32,000 nt of DNA from Sinorhizobium meliloti (GCF_017876815.1 NZ_JAGIOS010000002.1:240001-272000); one strand, 5' to 3'; counted from the stretch's first letter, positions 15,950 through 24,331 are shown. Notes: a model not told the origin generated them from the letters alone. A program made the numbers and translations.

Positions 15950-16999
15950 ATGAAGGGAATTCGGCGCCTGGCGCAGCATCTCGATATTTCGATCGGAACC
16001 GTTTCGCGTGCACTGAACGGCCGCCCCGACGTCAATGAGGAGACTCGCAGGCGTGTCCTGGAGGCGGCTGAAAGGCTCGGTTATGTGGCGAACCAGTCCG
16101 GCCGCAGCCTGAGGCAGGGCACCACCAACATCATCGGCTTCATGATGCAGACCGGAACGGAGATCACCGGTCAGGGCGACACGTTCTTCATGAGCGTCTT
16201 CGACGGCGTGCAGGCAGTTTTCGCCAGGCACAAGCTCGACCTTGTCGCCCTGCTCTGCTCGTCCGAGGAAGATCCGACCGATTACCTGCGCCGCGTCGTC
16301 GCGCGCGGTTTTGCCGACGGGTTGATCCTTTCGGCAACCCGGCGTCACGATCCGCGCATAGAGTTTCTGGCCGAACGCAATATCCCCTTCGTAACGCTCG
16401 GCCGAAGCCTGACGGATGCCGGCCGCCCCTGGCTCGACCTCGACTTCGAGGGGATGGCGCAGATCGCCATCGACCGTCTGGTTGCGCGCGGACATCGCCG
16501 CATCGCGGTCACCCGTCCGCACGACGATGCCAACCTCGGTTATGTCTTCGTCGACCGCTGCCGCGAAGCGCTTGCCGCGCATGGCCTTCCCCTGGAGGAA
16601 GAATTGATCTTCCGATCGACGCCGAACGAGACCGGCGGCTATCAGATCGCGCGCGAACTCCTGGCCATCAAGGACCGGCCGACGGCTGCCCTGCTCGTCA
16701 ATGAGACGATCGCCATCGGCTTCTACCAGGGCCTCTCCGAAGCGGGCGTCAGGCCGGGCCGCGACATTGCAGTGATCGGGCGCTACAGCCCGCATGCACA
16801 CTTTCTCTCGCCGCCGCTCACCTGCTTCCGCCTGTCGCTGCGCGACCTCGGCATAGCGCTTGCGGAAACGCTGCTGTCGACGATGCCTGCTTTCAAGGAC
16901 CATTATCCGCAAGCGCTGGTAAACGCAGTCTGGCCGATGGAGCTGGTCGAGGGCGAAAGCGACGGCTTTCTCGTCAATGGGGACGAAAGTCGCGGCTGA
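15950..16999 (+). CDS. LacI-family transcriptional regulator
   Basis: 349 aa. N-terminal HTH IRRLAQHLDISIGTVSRALNGRPDVNEETRRRVLEAAERLGYVANQSGRSLRQG, followed by a periplasmic-binding-protein-like fold. Confidence 0.93.
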   Translation: MKGIRRLAQHLDISIGTVSRALNGRPDVNEETRRRVLEAAERLGYVANQSGRSLRQGTTNIIGFMMQTGTEITGQGDTFFMSVFDGVQAVFARHKLDLVALLCSSEEDPTDYLRRVVARGFADGLILSATRRHDPRIEFLAERNIPFVTLGRSLTDAGRPWLDLDFEGMAQIAIDRLVARGHRRIAVTRPHDDANLGYVFVDRCREALAAHGLPLEEELIFRSTPNETGGYQIARELLAIKDRPTAALLVNETIAIGFYQGLSEAGVRPGRDIAVIGRYSPHAHFLSPPLTCFRLSLRDLGIALAETLLSTMPAFKDHYPQALVNAVWPMELVEGESDGFLVNGDESRG

Positions 17000-17039
17000 C
17001 ATAAGCCCGGCCGGGGTGGATCATTTTACCGATCCGCAG

Positions 17040-17113
17040 GTTTGAAGCTTGCTGCATGATTCCTTAAATCGGAGCCGATTGCGGGCCAATGTCATGGAGC
17101 ACGCAAAGTGCTA
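17040..17113. repeat. Degenerate or truncated copy of a rhizobial intergenic repeat (…GAAGCTTGCTGCATGATTCCTTAAATCGG…CAAAGTGCTAG…)
   Basis: The motifs TGCTGCATGATTCCTTAAATCG and CAAAGTGCTAG resemble a repeat I recall from many Rhizobium/Sinorhizobium intergenic regions. There the TTAAATCG…CGATTTAA part is palindromic; here the second half is missing. From memory only, not searched. Confidence 0.3.
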
Positions 17114-17200
17114 GGCGGGTTCTGCGCTTGGACGCACCGCCGCCGTAGCGAACCTGCCGGCTGCAGTCCGGATTGGTGACTGCTCCTGAAAGGAGACCCC

Positions 17201-17500
17201 ATGCGCGGATTTCTCTTCCTACTCGCCGGGCTGTCCGCAACGACGGCCTTTGCCCACGATGCTCCAAGCGGTTGGCAGTATCCGAGCGCCTGCTGTTCAA
17301 CAATGGATTGCCGCAAGGTCGCGCAGACCGCGATCAGCGAGCGACCGCAAGGCTATATCGTCAGAGCTACTGGCGAAGTCCTCCCCTATGCCGACAGCAG
17401 GGTTCGAATGTCGCCGGACGGCGAGTACCACTGGTGCTCTGCGGCGGGCAAAGCCTATGGGAAGACGATCTGCCTGTTTGTACCCCCAAGAGCTTATTGA
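17201..17500 (+). CDS. Small secreted Cys-rich protein of unknown function
   Basis: 99 aa. SD GGAG 5 nt before the ATG. Signal peptide MRGFLFLLAGLSATTAFA|HD. The mature ~80 aa has 5 Cys (ACCSTMDC, HWC, ICL). Confidence 0.7.
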   Translation: MRGFLFLLAGLSATTAFAHDAPSGWQYPSACCSTMDCRKVAQTAISERPQGYIVRATGEVLPYADSRVRMSPDGEYHWCSAAGKAYGKTICLFVPPRAY

Positions 17501-17586
17501 ATACCGACGCGTTGAGGACCGCACTTCTCGTCATGCGGTTCTAGCACCGCGCCCCCGATCGGAGCGCGGTACGATCGCGGCCGGCT

Positions 17587-18777
17587 TCAGCGGGCGTCCG
17601 CCGATCCGGGGCCGCTCTCGAGCGTCGACAGTATCTGGTATGCGGCTTTCACGCGGGCAGGAATCGGGTAATTCCTGTTCGCCAGCATCACGATGCCGAT
17701 GCGCTCGGCCGGGACGAAGGCTGCATAGGCGCCGAAACCGTTGGTCGAGCCGGTCTTGTTGATCCACAGGTTTTCCTGGGGCGCCGCGGGCGGAACGAGC
17801 TTGCTGACCTTGTGCGGCTCGAGCGCCATCCGGCTGGAATTGCCGGCAAGCAGATCGTCGAGCTTCGTCGGATAGGGATACATCTCCCAGCCGAGCCCCT
17901 GCGTCATGGCCCCGACCTTGAAGTATCCGGTGTGCGTTGCGGCGATCGCGCGCCGGATCGGCTCGTCCAGGCCCGTTCCATCGATGTTTGCCTCAACGAA
18001 GCGGATCAGATCGGCAGCGGTCGTCTTTACGCCGTAGGCTTCCGAGTCGAGAACGCCGCGCGTGACGCGGATCGGCTTGCCGGCTTTCGAATAACCATAG
18101 GCATAGTCGTCCGCCCGATCCTGCGGAACGGCTATGAAGGTGCTCGTCAGGCCGAATGCCGGGAATATGCTCTTCTCCATCAGATCGGCGAAAGGCTCGC
18201 CCATGCTCTTTGCGGCTAGATAGCCGAAGAGGCCGATGCTCGGGTTCGAGTAAAGCCTGTGCGTCCCGGCGGCATAGGTCGGGCGCCAATCTCTGTAGTA
18301 GTCGATCATGCTCTCCTGATCGGTAACGGAATCGGGAAACTGCAATGGCAGTCCGCCGGCGGTATAGGTCCCGAGATTGAGAAGGCTGATGTCGTCAAAA
18401 CGGGTCCCGGCGAGCGCGGGCAGATATTTGCCGGCAGGATCGGATAGGGCCAGATCCCCACGCGCTTCGGCATAGGATGCGAGCATCGCCGTGAAGGTCT
18501 TGCTGACCGAGCCGATCTCGAACATCGTTTCGTCGGTGACCTTCTGCCCGCTCTCTCTCGACGCCAGGCCATAGTTGAAGATGTACTTCTTTCCGCGGAC
18601 GGTGACCGCGATCGCCATTCCCGGAACGCCATGCTCCCTCATCAGCGGCCGGATCGTCTCGTCCACTAAGCGTGCAAGCTCTCCTTCCTCGCCTCGGTCG
18701 GCGGCGTGCGCGCCGGCTCCGCAGCAGAGCAAAGCAGCCGCAGCCATTACGAATTTCGTCGCGGAAAAATGTGTCAT
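17587..18777 (-). CDS. ampC: Class C (AmpC-type) beta-lactamase
   Basis: Start taken at MTHFSATKFVMAAAALLCCGAGAHA (signal peptide), 396 aa. All three class C motifs are present: S-V-S-K (FEIGSVSKTF), Y-S-N (LYSNPSIGLFG) and K-T-G (INKTGSTNGFGAY). Confidence 0.9.
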   Translation of the reverse strand: MTHFSATKFVMAAAALLCCGAGAHAADRGEEGELARLVDETIRPLMREHGVPGMAIAVTVRGKKYIFNYGLASRESGQKVTDETMFEIGSVSKTFTAMLASYAEARGDLALSDPAGKYLPALAGTRFDDISLLNLGTYTAGGLPLQFPDSVTDQESMIDYYRDWRPTYAAGTHRLYSNPSIGLFGYLAAKSMGEPFADLMEKSIFPAFGLTSTFIAVPQDRADDYAYGYSKAGKPIRVTRGVLDSEAYGVKTTAADLIRFVEANIDGTGLDEPIRRAIAATHTGYFKVGAMTQGLGWEMYPYPTKLDDLLAGNSSRMALEPHKVSKLVPPAAPQENLWINKTGSTNGFGAYAAFVPAERIGIVMLANRNYPIPARVKAAYQILSTLESGPGSADAR

Positions 18778-19058
18778 GACAGGTGTCCAGACCTCGTGTT
18801 CGTGTGGATCTCTGCCGCACGGCGGAATGCGGCCGTCCGTCAGCCCGGATGCGCCTGAGCTACGGCGCGTGCCCGGCGCACAACAACCGGAAGAGGCAAA
18901 CGGACGAGACATGCATATGAGCCCTGTGCGCATTTCACAAACGACAAGATCTTGCGCGAGCCATTAGAAGAACTTGGGCACTGCACTGCATCCGTCGCCT
19001 CCGGACCTGGCTTGTAGAGGCCACGAACACGGCGCTACCTGAGCCCGACACCGGAAAC

Positions 19059-19979
19059 CTAGAAATAGATCGTCATGACGATGTCCTGGTCGAAATCGCC
19101 GAAACCCTTGCCGAAGATGTTGAGCCCTCCGGGGTTCTCCGCCTTCTCGTCGATGCCTATCCGGAACCGTATCGAATGATGATCCGGTATGCCGAGGGAA
19201 TTTATCGTCTGAGTCGACACCATCGCGCCGTCGATCCATGTACCGCGGTCGTCGATGGTCCAGGTCTTGAGCTTGCCGTATTGCGAGCCGCTGAGCTTCC
19301 ACCAAGCCGGCGAATACATGCCCCGTCGGTCGCCGTAGTCGCCGGGCGACGTCCAGTAGCCGGCCTTGATGCCGTTGATCCAGATGGAGATGTCGGAGGG
19401 CCAGTTGGCGTTCGTGGCCGGCGTCTCGGAGCTCAGTTCGGCGGAGAACTCGATCTTGCGGACCGTCCGTCCCGTGACCTTAGCATTGTTCGGAAACTTG
19501 TATTCGACATAGCCGCGCGTGAACCAGAGCAGTGCGGCCTGCATGCGCTGCGGATCGAGAAAGACTTCCTGGACGTCGAGCATGCCGATGACGTTGTTGA
19601 CCGAACAGAGTCCGCAGGGCGCTTCCACCTCGAATTCGGTGAAAAGGCCGATCGGCATGCTGACGGTCACGACGTCGTCTGAAAGATTGGTGCGGTCGTC
19701 GAAGCGGATGAGGATCTCGCCGTAGATGCTGGAACAGATCTTCTGATTACCCTTGGTCGCCTTCATCGTATGGGTCTGGATGAGGCCGGCCCTCTCCAGC
19801 GACTTGAGGTTGGTTGCCGTCGTCGATTGCGGCAGGCCCATATGGGTCGCGATCTCGTTGACGTTCAGAGGGCCCTTCAGGCGCAGAAGGTTGAGGATCT
19901 CGATGCGCGTTGCTGAGCCCAAGGCCTGGACGACATCCGCATCCTTGATCGGGTCCACTGTAAGAAGCTTCGTCTCCAT
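19059..19979 (-). CDS. ArsR/SmtB-type winged-HTH regulator fused to a ~210-aa C-terminal domain of unknown function
   Basis: 306 aa. N-terminal VQALGSATRIEILNLLRLKGPLNVNEIATHMGLPQSTTATNLKSLERAGLIQTH is a classic ArsR HTH. The rest (…WPSDISIWINGIKAGYWTSPGDYGDRRG…GLNIFGKGFGDFDQDIVMTIYF) has no motif I recognise. Last gene of the abfA operon. Confidence 0.85.
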   Translation of the reverse strand: METKLLTVDPIKDADVVQALGSATRIEILNLLRLKGPLNVNEIATHMGLPQSTTATNLKSLERAGLIQTHTMKATKGNQKICSSIYGEILIRFDDRTNLSDDVVTVSMPIGLFTEFEVEAPCGLCSVNNVIGMLDVQEVFLDPQRMQAALLWFTRGYVEYKFPNNAKVTGRTVRKIEFSAELSSETPATNANWPSDISIWINGIKAGYWTSPGDYGDRRGMYSPAWWKLSGSQYGKLKTWTIDDRGTWIDGAMVSTQTINSLGIPDHHSIRFRIGIDEKAENPGGLNIFGKGFGDFDQDIVMTIYF

Positions 19980-20069
19980 ACTCTGCTACTGCCGCTCCGG
20001 CTCAGGCGTGATCTGCGCTGATAACACGCCGCTGCGCCAATTGTCGCATTGTTTCGTTTTACGAATTCC

Positions 20070-20099
20070 GATCCGAGGCGGCCGAAACCGCCGCGGATC
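20070..20099 (-). other. Stem-loop (6+5 bp with a 1x1 mismatch, hexaloop) right after the permease stop and upstream of the regulator gene
   Basis: GATCCGaGGCGG ccgaaa CCGCCgCGGATC. Confidence 0.4.
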
Positions 20100-20105
20100 G
20101 TCGGC

Positions 20106-20930
20106 TCAGCCCTTGATGCCGGACGACAGCATGAGCGCCTGCGTCACCCTCTTCTGGAAGAGCAGATAGGCGAGCGCGACCGGCATGGCCGCGAGAATGG
20201 CGACGGCCATGTCGCGTGCATATTTCACACCGAAGGCGTCGTCGACCTGTGTGATGCCGACGGTCACCGTCATCATCTCCTCCGAATTCGTGACGAGGAA
20301 CGGCCAGAGGAAGGCGTTCCAGGCCATGATGTAGGTGATGATCGCCAGCGCCGTCGTGATCCCCCAGTTGAGCGGAAGATAAAGCCGGAACAGGATCTGG
20401 AAATCGCCGCAGCCGTCGAGCTTTGCCGCCTCGCGCAGTTCCTTCGGCACGGAATCGAAGAACTGCTTGTAGACGATCACGACCACCGGGACGATGAGCT
20501 GAGGCAAGATGATGCCGCCCCAGCTGTTGATCAGGCCGAAGCGGTACATCAGCACGAATTGCGAAACGACGAGCGCCTGGGATGGAACCATGAAGCTCGC
20601 GAGAATGATCCCGTAAAGGAGCCGCCTTCCCGGAAAGACGATCTGCGACAGCGCATAGGCGCACATGACGCTGATCAGGATCACGACCACGGTGACCGTG
20701 ATCGAGGTGACGAGCGAGTTCACGTACCAGGTTGCGAGATTGGTCTCGAACAGGGCGAAATAATAGGCCGAGAAGTTGAAGACGTCGGGGATGAAGGTCG
20801 TCTTGCTGATAACCTCCTGTTCCGGCTTCATCGACGTCACCGCCGCCCAATAGAGGGGAAAGGCCCACATGCAGGCGACGCACAGGGTAAGAAGCAGAAG
20901 AAGGATATTGCCGATGGATTTCCGTTGCAT
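20106..20930 (-). CDS. Carbohydrate ABC transporter permease (MalG-type)
   Basis: 274 aa. EAA loop LREAAKLDGCGDFQILFRLYLPL. 3-nt gap to the upstream permease. Confidence 0.92.
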   Translation of the reverse strand: MQRKSIGNILLLLLTLCVACMWAFPLYWAAVTSMKPEQEVISKTTFIPDVFNFSAYYFALFETNLATWYVNSLVTSITVTVVVILISVMCAYALSQIVFPGRRLLYGIILASFMVPSQALVVSQFVLMYRFGLINSWGGIILPQLIVPVVVIVYKQFFDSVPKELREAAKLDGCGDFQILFRLYLPLNWGITTALAIITYIMAWNAFLWPFLVTNSEEMMTVTVGITQVDDAFGVKYARDMAVAILAAMPVALAYLLFQKRVTQALMLSSGIKG

Positions 20931-20933
20931 CGC

Positions 20934-21812
20934 TCAGCGCCCCCTCACGCGCAGAAGCTGGTACTGAAGCACCGATACGGTCACGATGATCAGGAACAGG
21001 AAGACCGCCACAGCCGAGCCGAGCCCGCCGTGGTTGAGGCGGAACGCCTCGCGATAGACGAGCTGAAGCAGGACGTAGGTCGAGTTGAAGGGACCGCCTT
21101 CCGTCATCAGATAGACCTGATCGAAAATCTTGAGCTGCAGGATGAGTTGCAGTGTCAGGACGAGCGCGGTGACCGGCCAGATCAGCGGCCATGTGATGCG
21201 TTTGAAGCATTGCCAGCGCGTCGCGCCGTCGAGCATTGCCGCCTCGTAATAGTCGGTCGGAATATTGCGCAGGCCCGCTATGAAAAGCAGAAGATTGAAC
21301 CCGTTGGTCCACCAGATGGTGACGAGGGCCACCATGGGCATTGCCCATAAGGGGTCGCGAAAGACACTGATGCGCCTGCCGGTGACGAATTCGATGACAT
21401 GTTGCGCAATCCCGAACTGCTGGTCGAGTACCCACTCCCAGATCTGCGTGACGACCGAGACCGGCAGGATATAGGGCAGGAAGAACAGCACCAGGATGAG
21501 GCTCTGCAGCCAGCCTTTGAGGCGTACGACCATCAGCGCCAGACCGAGACCGATCAGCGTGTTGGGTATGACGGTGAGCACGACGAAATAGCCGGTGTTC
21601 CACACCGATGTGAAGAACAGTTTCTGGTTGAGCAGCTTCAGATAATTGTCGAAGCCGACCCACTCGCCTTCGCCGACCAGCGGTGCGTTGGTAAAGCTCA
21701 AGGCGAACATCTTATAGACGGGATAGGCGAAGACCGTCAGATAGGTGATCACGAACGGTGTGATCATCAGAACCGCGGTCAGCGTCTTGCTCCGTCTCTC
21801 GCTCGTCATCAC
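20934..21812 (-). CDS. Carbohydrate ABC transporter permease (MalF-type)
   Basis: 292 aa. EAA loop YYEAAMLDGATRWQCFKRITWPL. Confidence 0.92.
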   Translation of the reverse strand: MMTSERRSKTLTAVLMITPFVITYLTVFAYPVYKMFALSFTNAPLVGEGEWVGFDNYLKLLNQKLFFTSVWNTGYFVVLTVIPNTLIGLGLALMVVRLKGWLQSLILVLFFLPYILPVSVVTQIWEWVLDQQFGIAQHVIEFVTGRRISVFRDPLWAMPMVALVTIWWTNGFNLLLFIAGLRNIPTDYYEAAMLDGATRWQCFKRITWPLIWPVTALVLTLQLILQLKIFDQVYLMTEGGPFNSTYVLLQLVYREAFRLNHGGLGSAVAVFLFLIIVTVSVLQYQLLRVRGR

Positions 21813-21840
21813 CGAAATAGTCCTCCCGTGCCGAATTTAC

Positions 21841-21874
21841 GAACCACCGGCCGGCAACGGTGGCCGGCCGGTTC
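21841..21874 (-). other. Strong GC stem-loop (about 10-12 bp) between the SBP gene and the first permease gene
   Basis: GAACCaccGGCCGGC aacggtg GCCGGCCGGTTC. An alternative register gives a continuous 10-bp stem at 21846-21872. Confidence 0.5.
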
Positions 21875-21887
21875 ATTGATCTACGCG

Positions 21888-23156
21888 TTACATCTGGCTC
21901 TTCAGTTCTTCACGCATCTGCTCGATGGCATCCGCCGGATCGAGCTGGCCATTCAAGGCAGGCACGATGAAATTCTGCGTCGCCTCGTAGATCGGTCCGC
22001 CAACGCCTGCCAGCGGCGAGACAGGATCGAAAACCGCGGTGTCGGCGAGCTTGACGTAGGTCGAATTCGGCTGCATGGCCTTGAATTCGGCGCTTTCGGT
22101 TACTGGTTTGTAGGCCGGAATGTGGCCAGCGCCGGCCCAGGAGATGCTGTGTTCGTTCATCCAGGCAATGATCTGGAGAACGGCTTTCAGCTTCTCCGGC
22201 GAGATCGGTTTTTCTTCGCTGTTCGGAACGGCAAAGGCATGGGAGTCCGCCCAGGTCGCAGGCTGTCCCATCAGAACCGGGATTTGGATAGCGCCCCATT
22301 CGAAGCCGAGATTGTTGTTCTTCTCGAGATCGACCATCGTCGGCACTTCCCAAACGCCGTTGATGTGCATGGCCGCCTTGCCGGAGGTGAAGAGAGCGAT
22401 CGAAGCCTCATAGGATATGAGCTGCGGCGAATAGCCGGACGAAACCCAGTTGGCCATCGATGTCAGCGCCTTGACGCCGGCCCCCCCCGGCAGGATCTCC
22501 TCGCCTTCGATGAATTTGGCGCCCTGCTGAGAAAGGAGCGTGTAGAATACCCGCCACATCGAGCCGCCTTCGTCGGTGTGGAGCGAAAGCGGATATTGGA
22601 CCTTGCCGGTCGTCTTGATCTTTTCGAGGGCGGCGTTGAAGTTGTCGAGACCGTCCAGGCCCTTCGGCAGGCCGTCGTCCCCGAGCAGGCCCGCCTCCTT
22701 CAGGATGTTCTTGTTATAGTAGAGGACAACCGAATGGACATCGAAGGGAACGCCATACGTCTTGCCGTCGCCAGAAGCCGAGTTCCAGCTCGCTTCGACA
22801 TAGTTTTCCTTCTTGATGCCTGCTGCCTCGAGTTCCTCAGGTGCCAGCGGCCGCAGAACGCCCGAGGGAATGGCAAGCGGGAAGCGCGACAGATGATAGG
22901 TCATGATGTCGGGCTGCTGGCCGACGGCGGCCGCCGTCTGAACCTTGCTGTAGAAGGGCACGCCCCATTCAAGCGTAGTCGCGTTGATGCGGATGTCGGG
23001 GTGCGTGTCGTTGAACTCCTTGATGAGCGCCTTCATGCGGACGCCGTCGCCGCCGCTGAGGAAGTCCCACCAGGTAATGTCCGTCTGTGCATGGGCAACT
23101 GCCGAAGGCAGGATCGCCAGCGCACCCGCAAGGGCAAGTTTCAGTAGCTTCTTCAC
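21888..23156 (-). CDS. Extracellular solute-binding protein family 1 (CUT1 sugar/oligosaccharide-binding protein)
   Basis: 422 aa. Signal peptide MKKLLKLALAGALAILPSAVAHA|QT. SD GGAGGAGAG upstream. Confidence 0.9.
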   Translation of the reverse strand: MKKLLKLALAGALAILPSAVAHAQTDITWWDFLSGGDGVRMKALIKEFNDTHPDIRINATTLEWGVPFYSKVQTAAAVGQQPDIMTYHLSRFPLAIPSGVLRPLAPEELEAAGIKKENYVEASWNSASGDGKTYGVPFDVHSVVLYYNKNILKEAGLLGDDGLPKGLDGLDNFNAALEKIKTTGKVQYPLSLHTDEGGSMWRVFYTLLSQQGAKFIEGEEILPGGAGVKALTSMANWVSSGYSPQLISYEASIALFTSGKAAMHINGVWEVPTMVDLEKNNNLGFEWGAIQIPVLMGQPATWADSHAFAVPNSEEKPISPEKLKAVLQIIAWMNEHSISWAGAGHIPAYKPVTESAEFKAMQPNSTYVKLADTAVFDPVSPLAGVGGPIYEATQNFIVPALNGQLDPADAIEQMREELKSQM

Positions 23157-23242
23157 GTCTCTCTCCTCCTGTTTTGAAGTTCAATCCATCGCCTTTTGCC
23201 GCATTGCTCCTCGCCCGGATGTCCTCCCATCCGAAACCGCTT

Positions 23243-24331
23243 TCAACGGAGCCGCTCGCCGCTTCCCTCGAAGGCGAACATCTCCTCGGGTGCCAAGGTC
23301 AGGCGGACCGCCTGCTTGGGTTGCGGCCGCTCCTCACCCCGGCACTCGATAGTCATTTCCTCGCCCGTCACCGTGAGGGCATGCAGGTAGCCGGTCCCGC
23401 CGAGTTCCTCGATGAACTCGGCCGTCACGTCCAGGCCAACGCCGCCTTCCCGTTCGCCGAGCGTGATGTGCTCCGGCCTCACCCCGACGAAAATCTCTTC
23501 GCCCACGGCGGGACCCGTCCGTGCCGGAATTTCGAACGGAACCCCGGTGGCGTCGTGGAGCTCGATCGTGAGCCTGTCGCCGCTGCCGGGAACGACCCGG
23601 GCCTTCAGGAAATTCATCCCCGGCGATCCGATGAAGCCCGCAACGAACATGTTGTCCGGATTTCGATAAAGCTCGAGGGGCGCGCCCGTTTGTTGAACCA
23701 CGCCTGCCTTCAGCACGACGATCCTGTCCGCCAGCGTCATCGCCTCGACCTGATCGTGGGTGACATAGACCATCGTCGCCCCGATCTGGCGGTGCAGCCG
23801 GGCGATCTCCATGCGCATCTTGACCCTGAGCTCGGCATCGAGATTCGAAAGCGGCTCGTCGAAAAGGAAGACCCGCGGCTCGCGCACGATTGCGCGCCCG
23901 ATTGCGACCCTCTGGCGCTGGCCGCCCGAAAGCTGGCTCGGCTTGCTGTCCAGATAGTCCGAGAGCCGAAGGATTTCCGCGGCTGCCTTGACCTTCTGCT
24001 CGATCTCCGCCTTCGGCCGGCGGGCGATGGAAAGGCTGAACGCCATGTTGTCGAATACGGAGAGGTGCGGATAGAGCGCATAGGACTGGAAGACCATGGC
24101 GACGCCGCGCTTCGATGGCTCCTTGTGGGTGACGTCCTCGGCATCGATCCTGATTTCGCCGCCGGTCGTCTCCTCCAGCCCCGCGATCATGCGCAACAGT
24201 GTCGACTTCCCGCAGCCCGAGGGCCCGACGAAGACAGCGAATTCGCCCTGCCCTATTTCTATATCGACACCATGGATCACCTTCACGGCGCCGAACGACT
24301 TGCTGACGCCGGTCAATTTGATTCCGGACAT
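23243..24331 (-). CDS. CUT1 sugar ABC transporter ATP-binding protein (UgpC/MalK-like)
   Basis: 362 aa. GPSGCGKST, LSGGQRQRVAIGRA, FLFDEPLSNLD, and a C-terminal TOBE-like domain. Confidence 0.93.
   Translation of the reverse strand: MSGIKLTGVSKSFGAVKVIHGVDIEIGQGEFAVFVGPSGCGKSTLLRMIAGLEETTGGEIRIDAEDVTHKEPSKRGVAMVFQSYALYPHLSVFDNMAFSLSIARRPKAEIEQKVKAAAEILRLSDYLDSKPSQLSGGQRQRVAIGRAIVREPRVFLFDEPLSNLDAELRVKMRMEIARLHRQIGATMVYVTHDQVEAMTLADRIVVLKAGVVQQTGAPLELYRNPDNMFVAGFIGSPGMNFLKARVVPGSGDRLTIELHDATGVPFEIPARTGPAVGEEIFVGVRPEHITLGEREGGVGLDVTAEFIEELGGTGYLHALTVTGEEMTIECRGEERPQPKQAVRLTLAPEEMFAFEGSGERLR

Noticed and set aside
17501-17586. Hairpins between the convergent small-protein gene and ampC (ACCGCA…TGCGGT at 17518-17539; ACCGCGC…GCGCGGT at 17546-17570), considered as bidirectional intrinsic terminators. 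I asked the same question of all the other GC hairpins listed as features.
   Set aside because: None is followed by a U-tract on either transcribed strand, so they do not meet the canonical rho-independent terminator definition. They are reported only as structures, not as terminators.
17064-17762. Small overlapping ORFs around the repeat remnant and the small secreted protein: 17064..17303(-), 17092..17316(-), 17173..17544(+), 17250..17762(+), 17297..17524(-), 17531..17767(-).
   Set aside because: They have no SD and Arg/Ser-rich composition. They overlap the better-supported 17201..17500 ORF (SD plus signal peptide) or the ampC 3' end.
20930-20936. A same-strand 534-aa ORF (20059..21663) spans both permease genes of the abfA operon. 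I considered it as a sign of a frameshifted fusion or pseudogene.
   Set aside because: The two permease ORFs are each full-length with intact EAA loops and a normal 3-nt stop-start spacing. The spanning ORF is in a different frame with Arg/His/Gly-rich nonsense composition.
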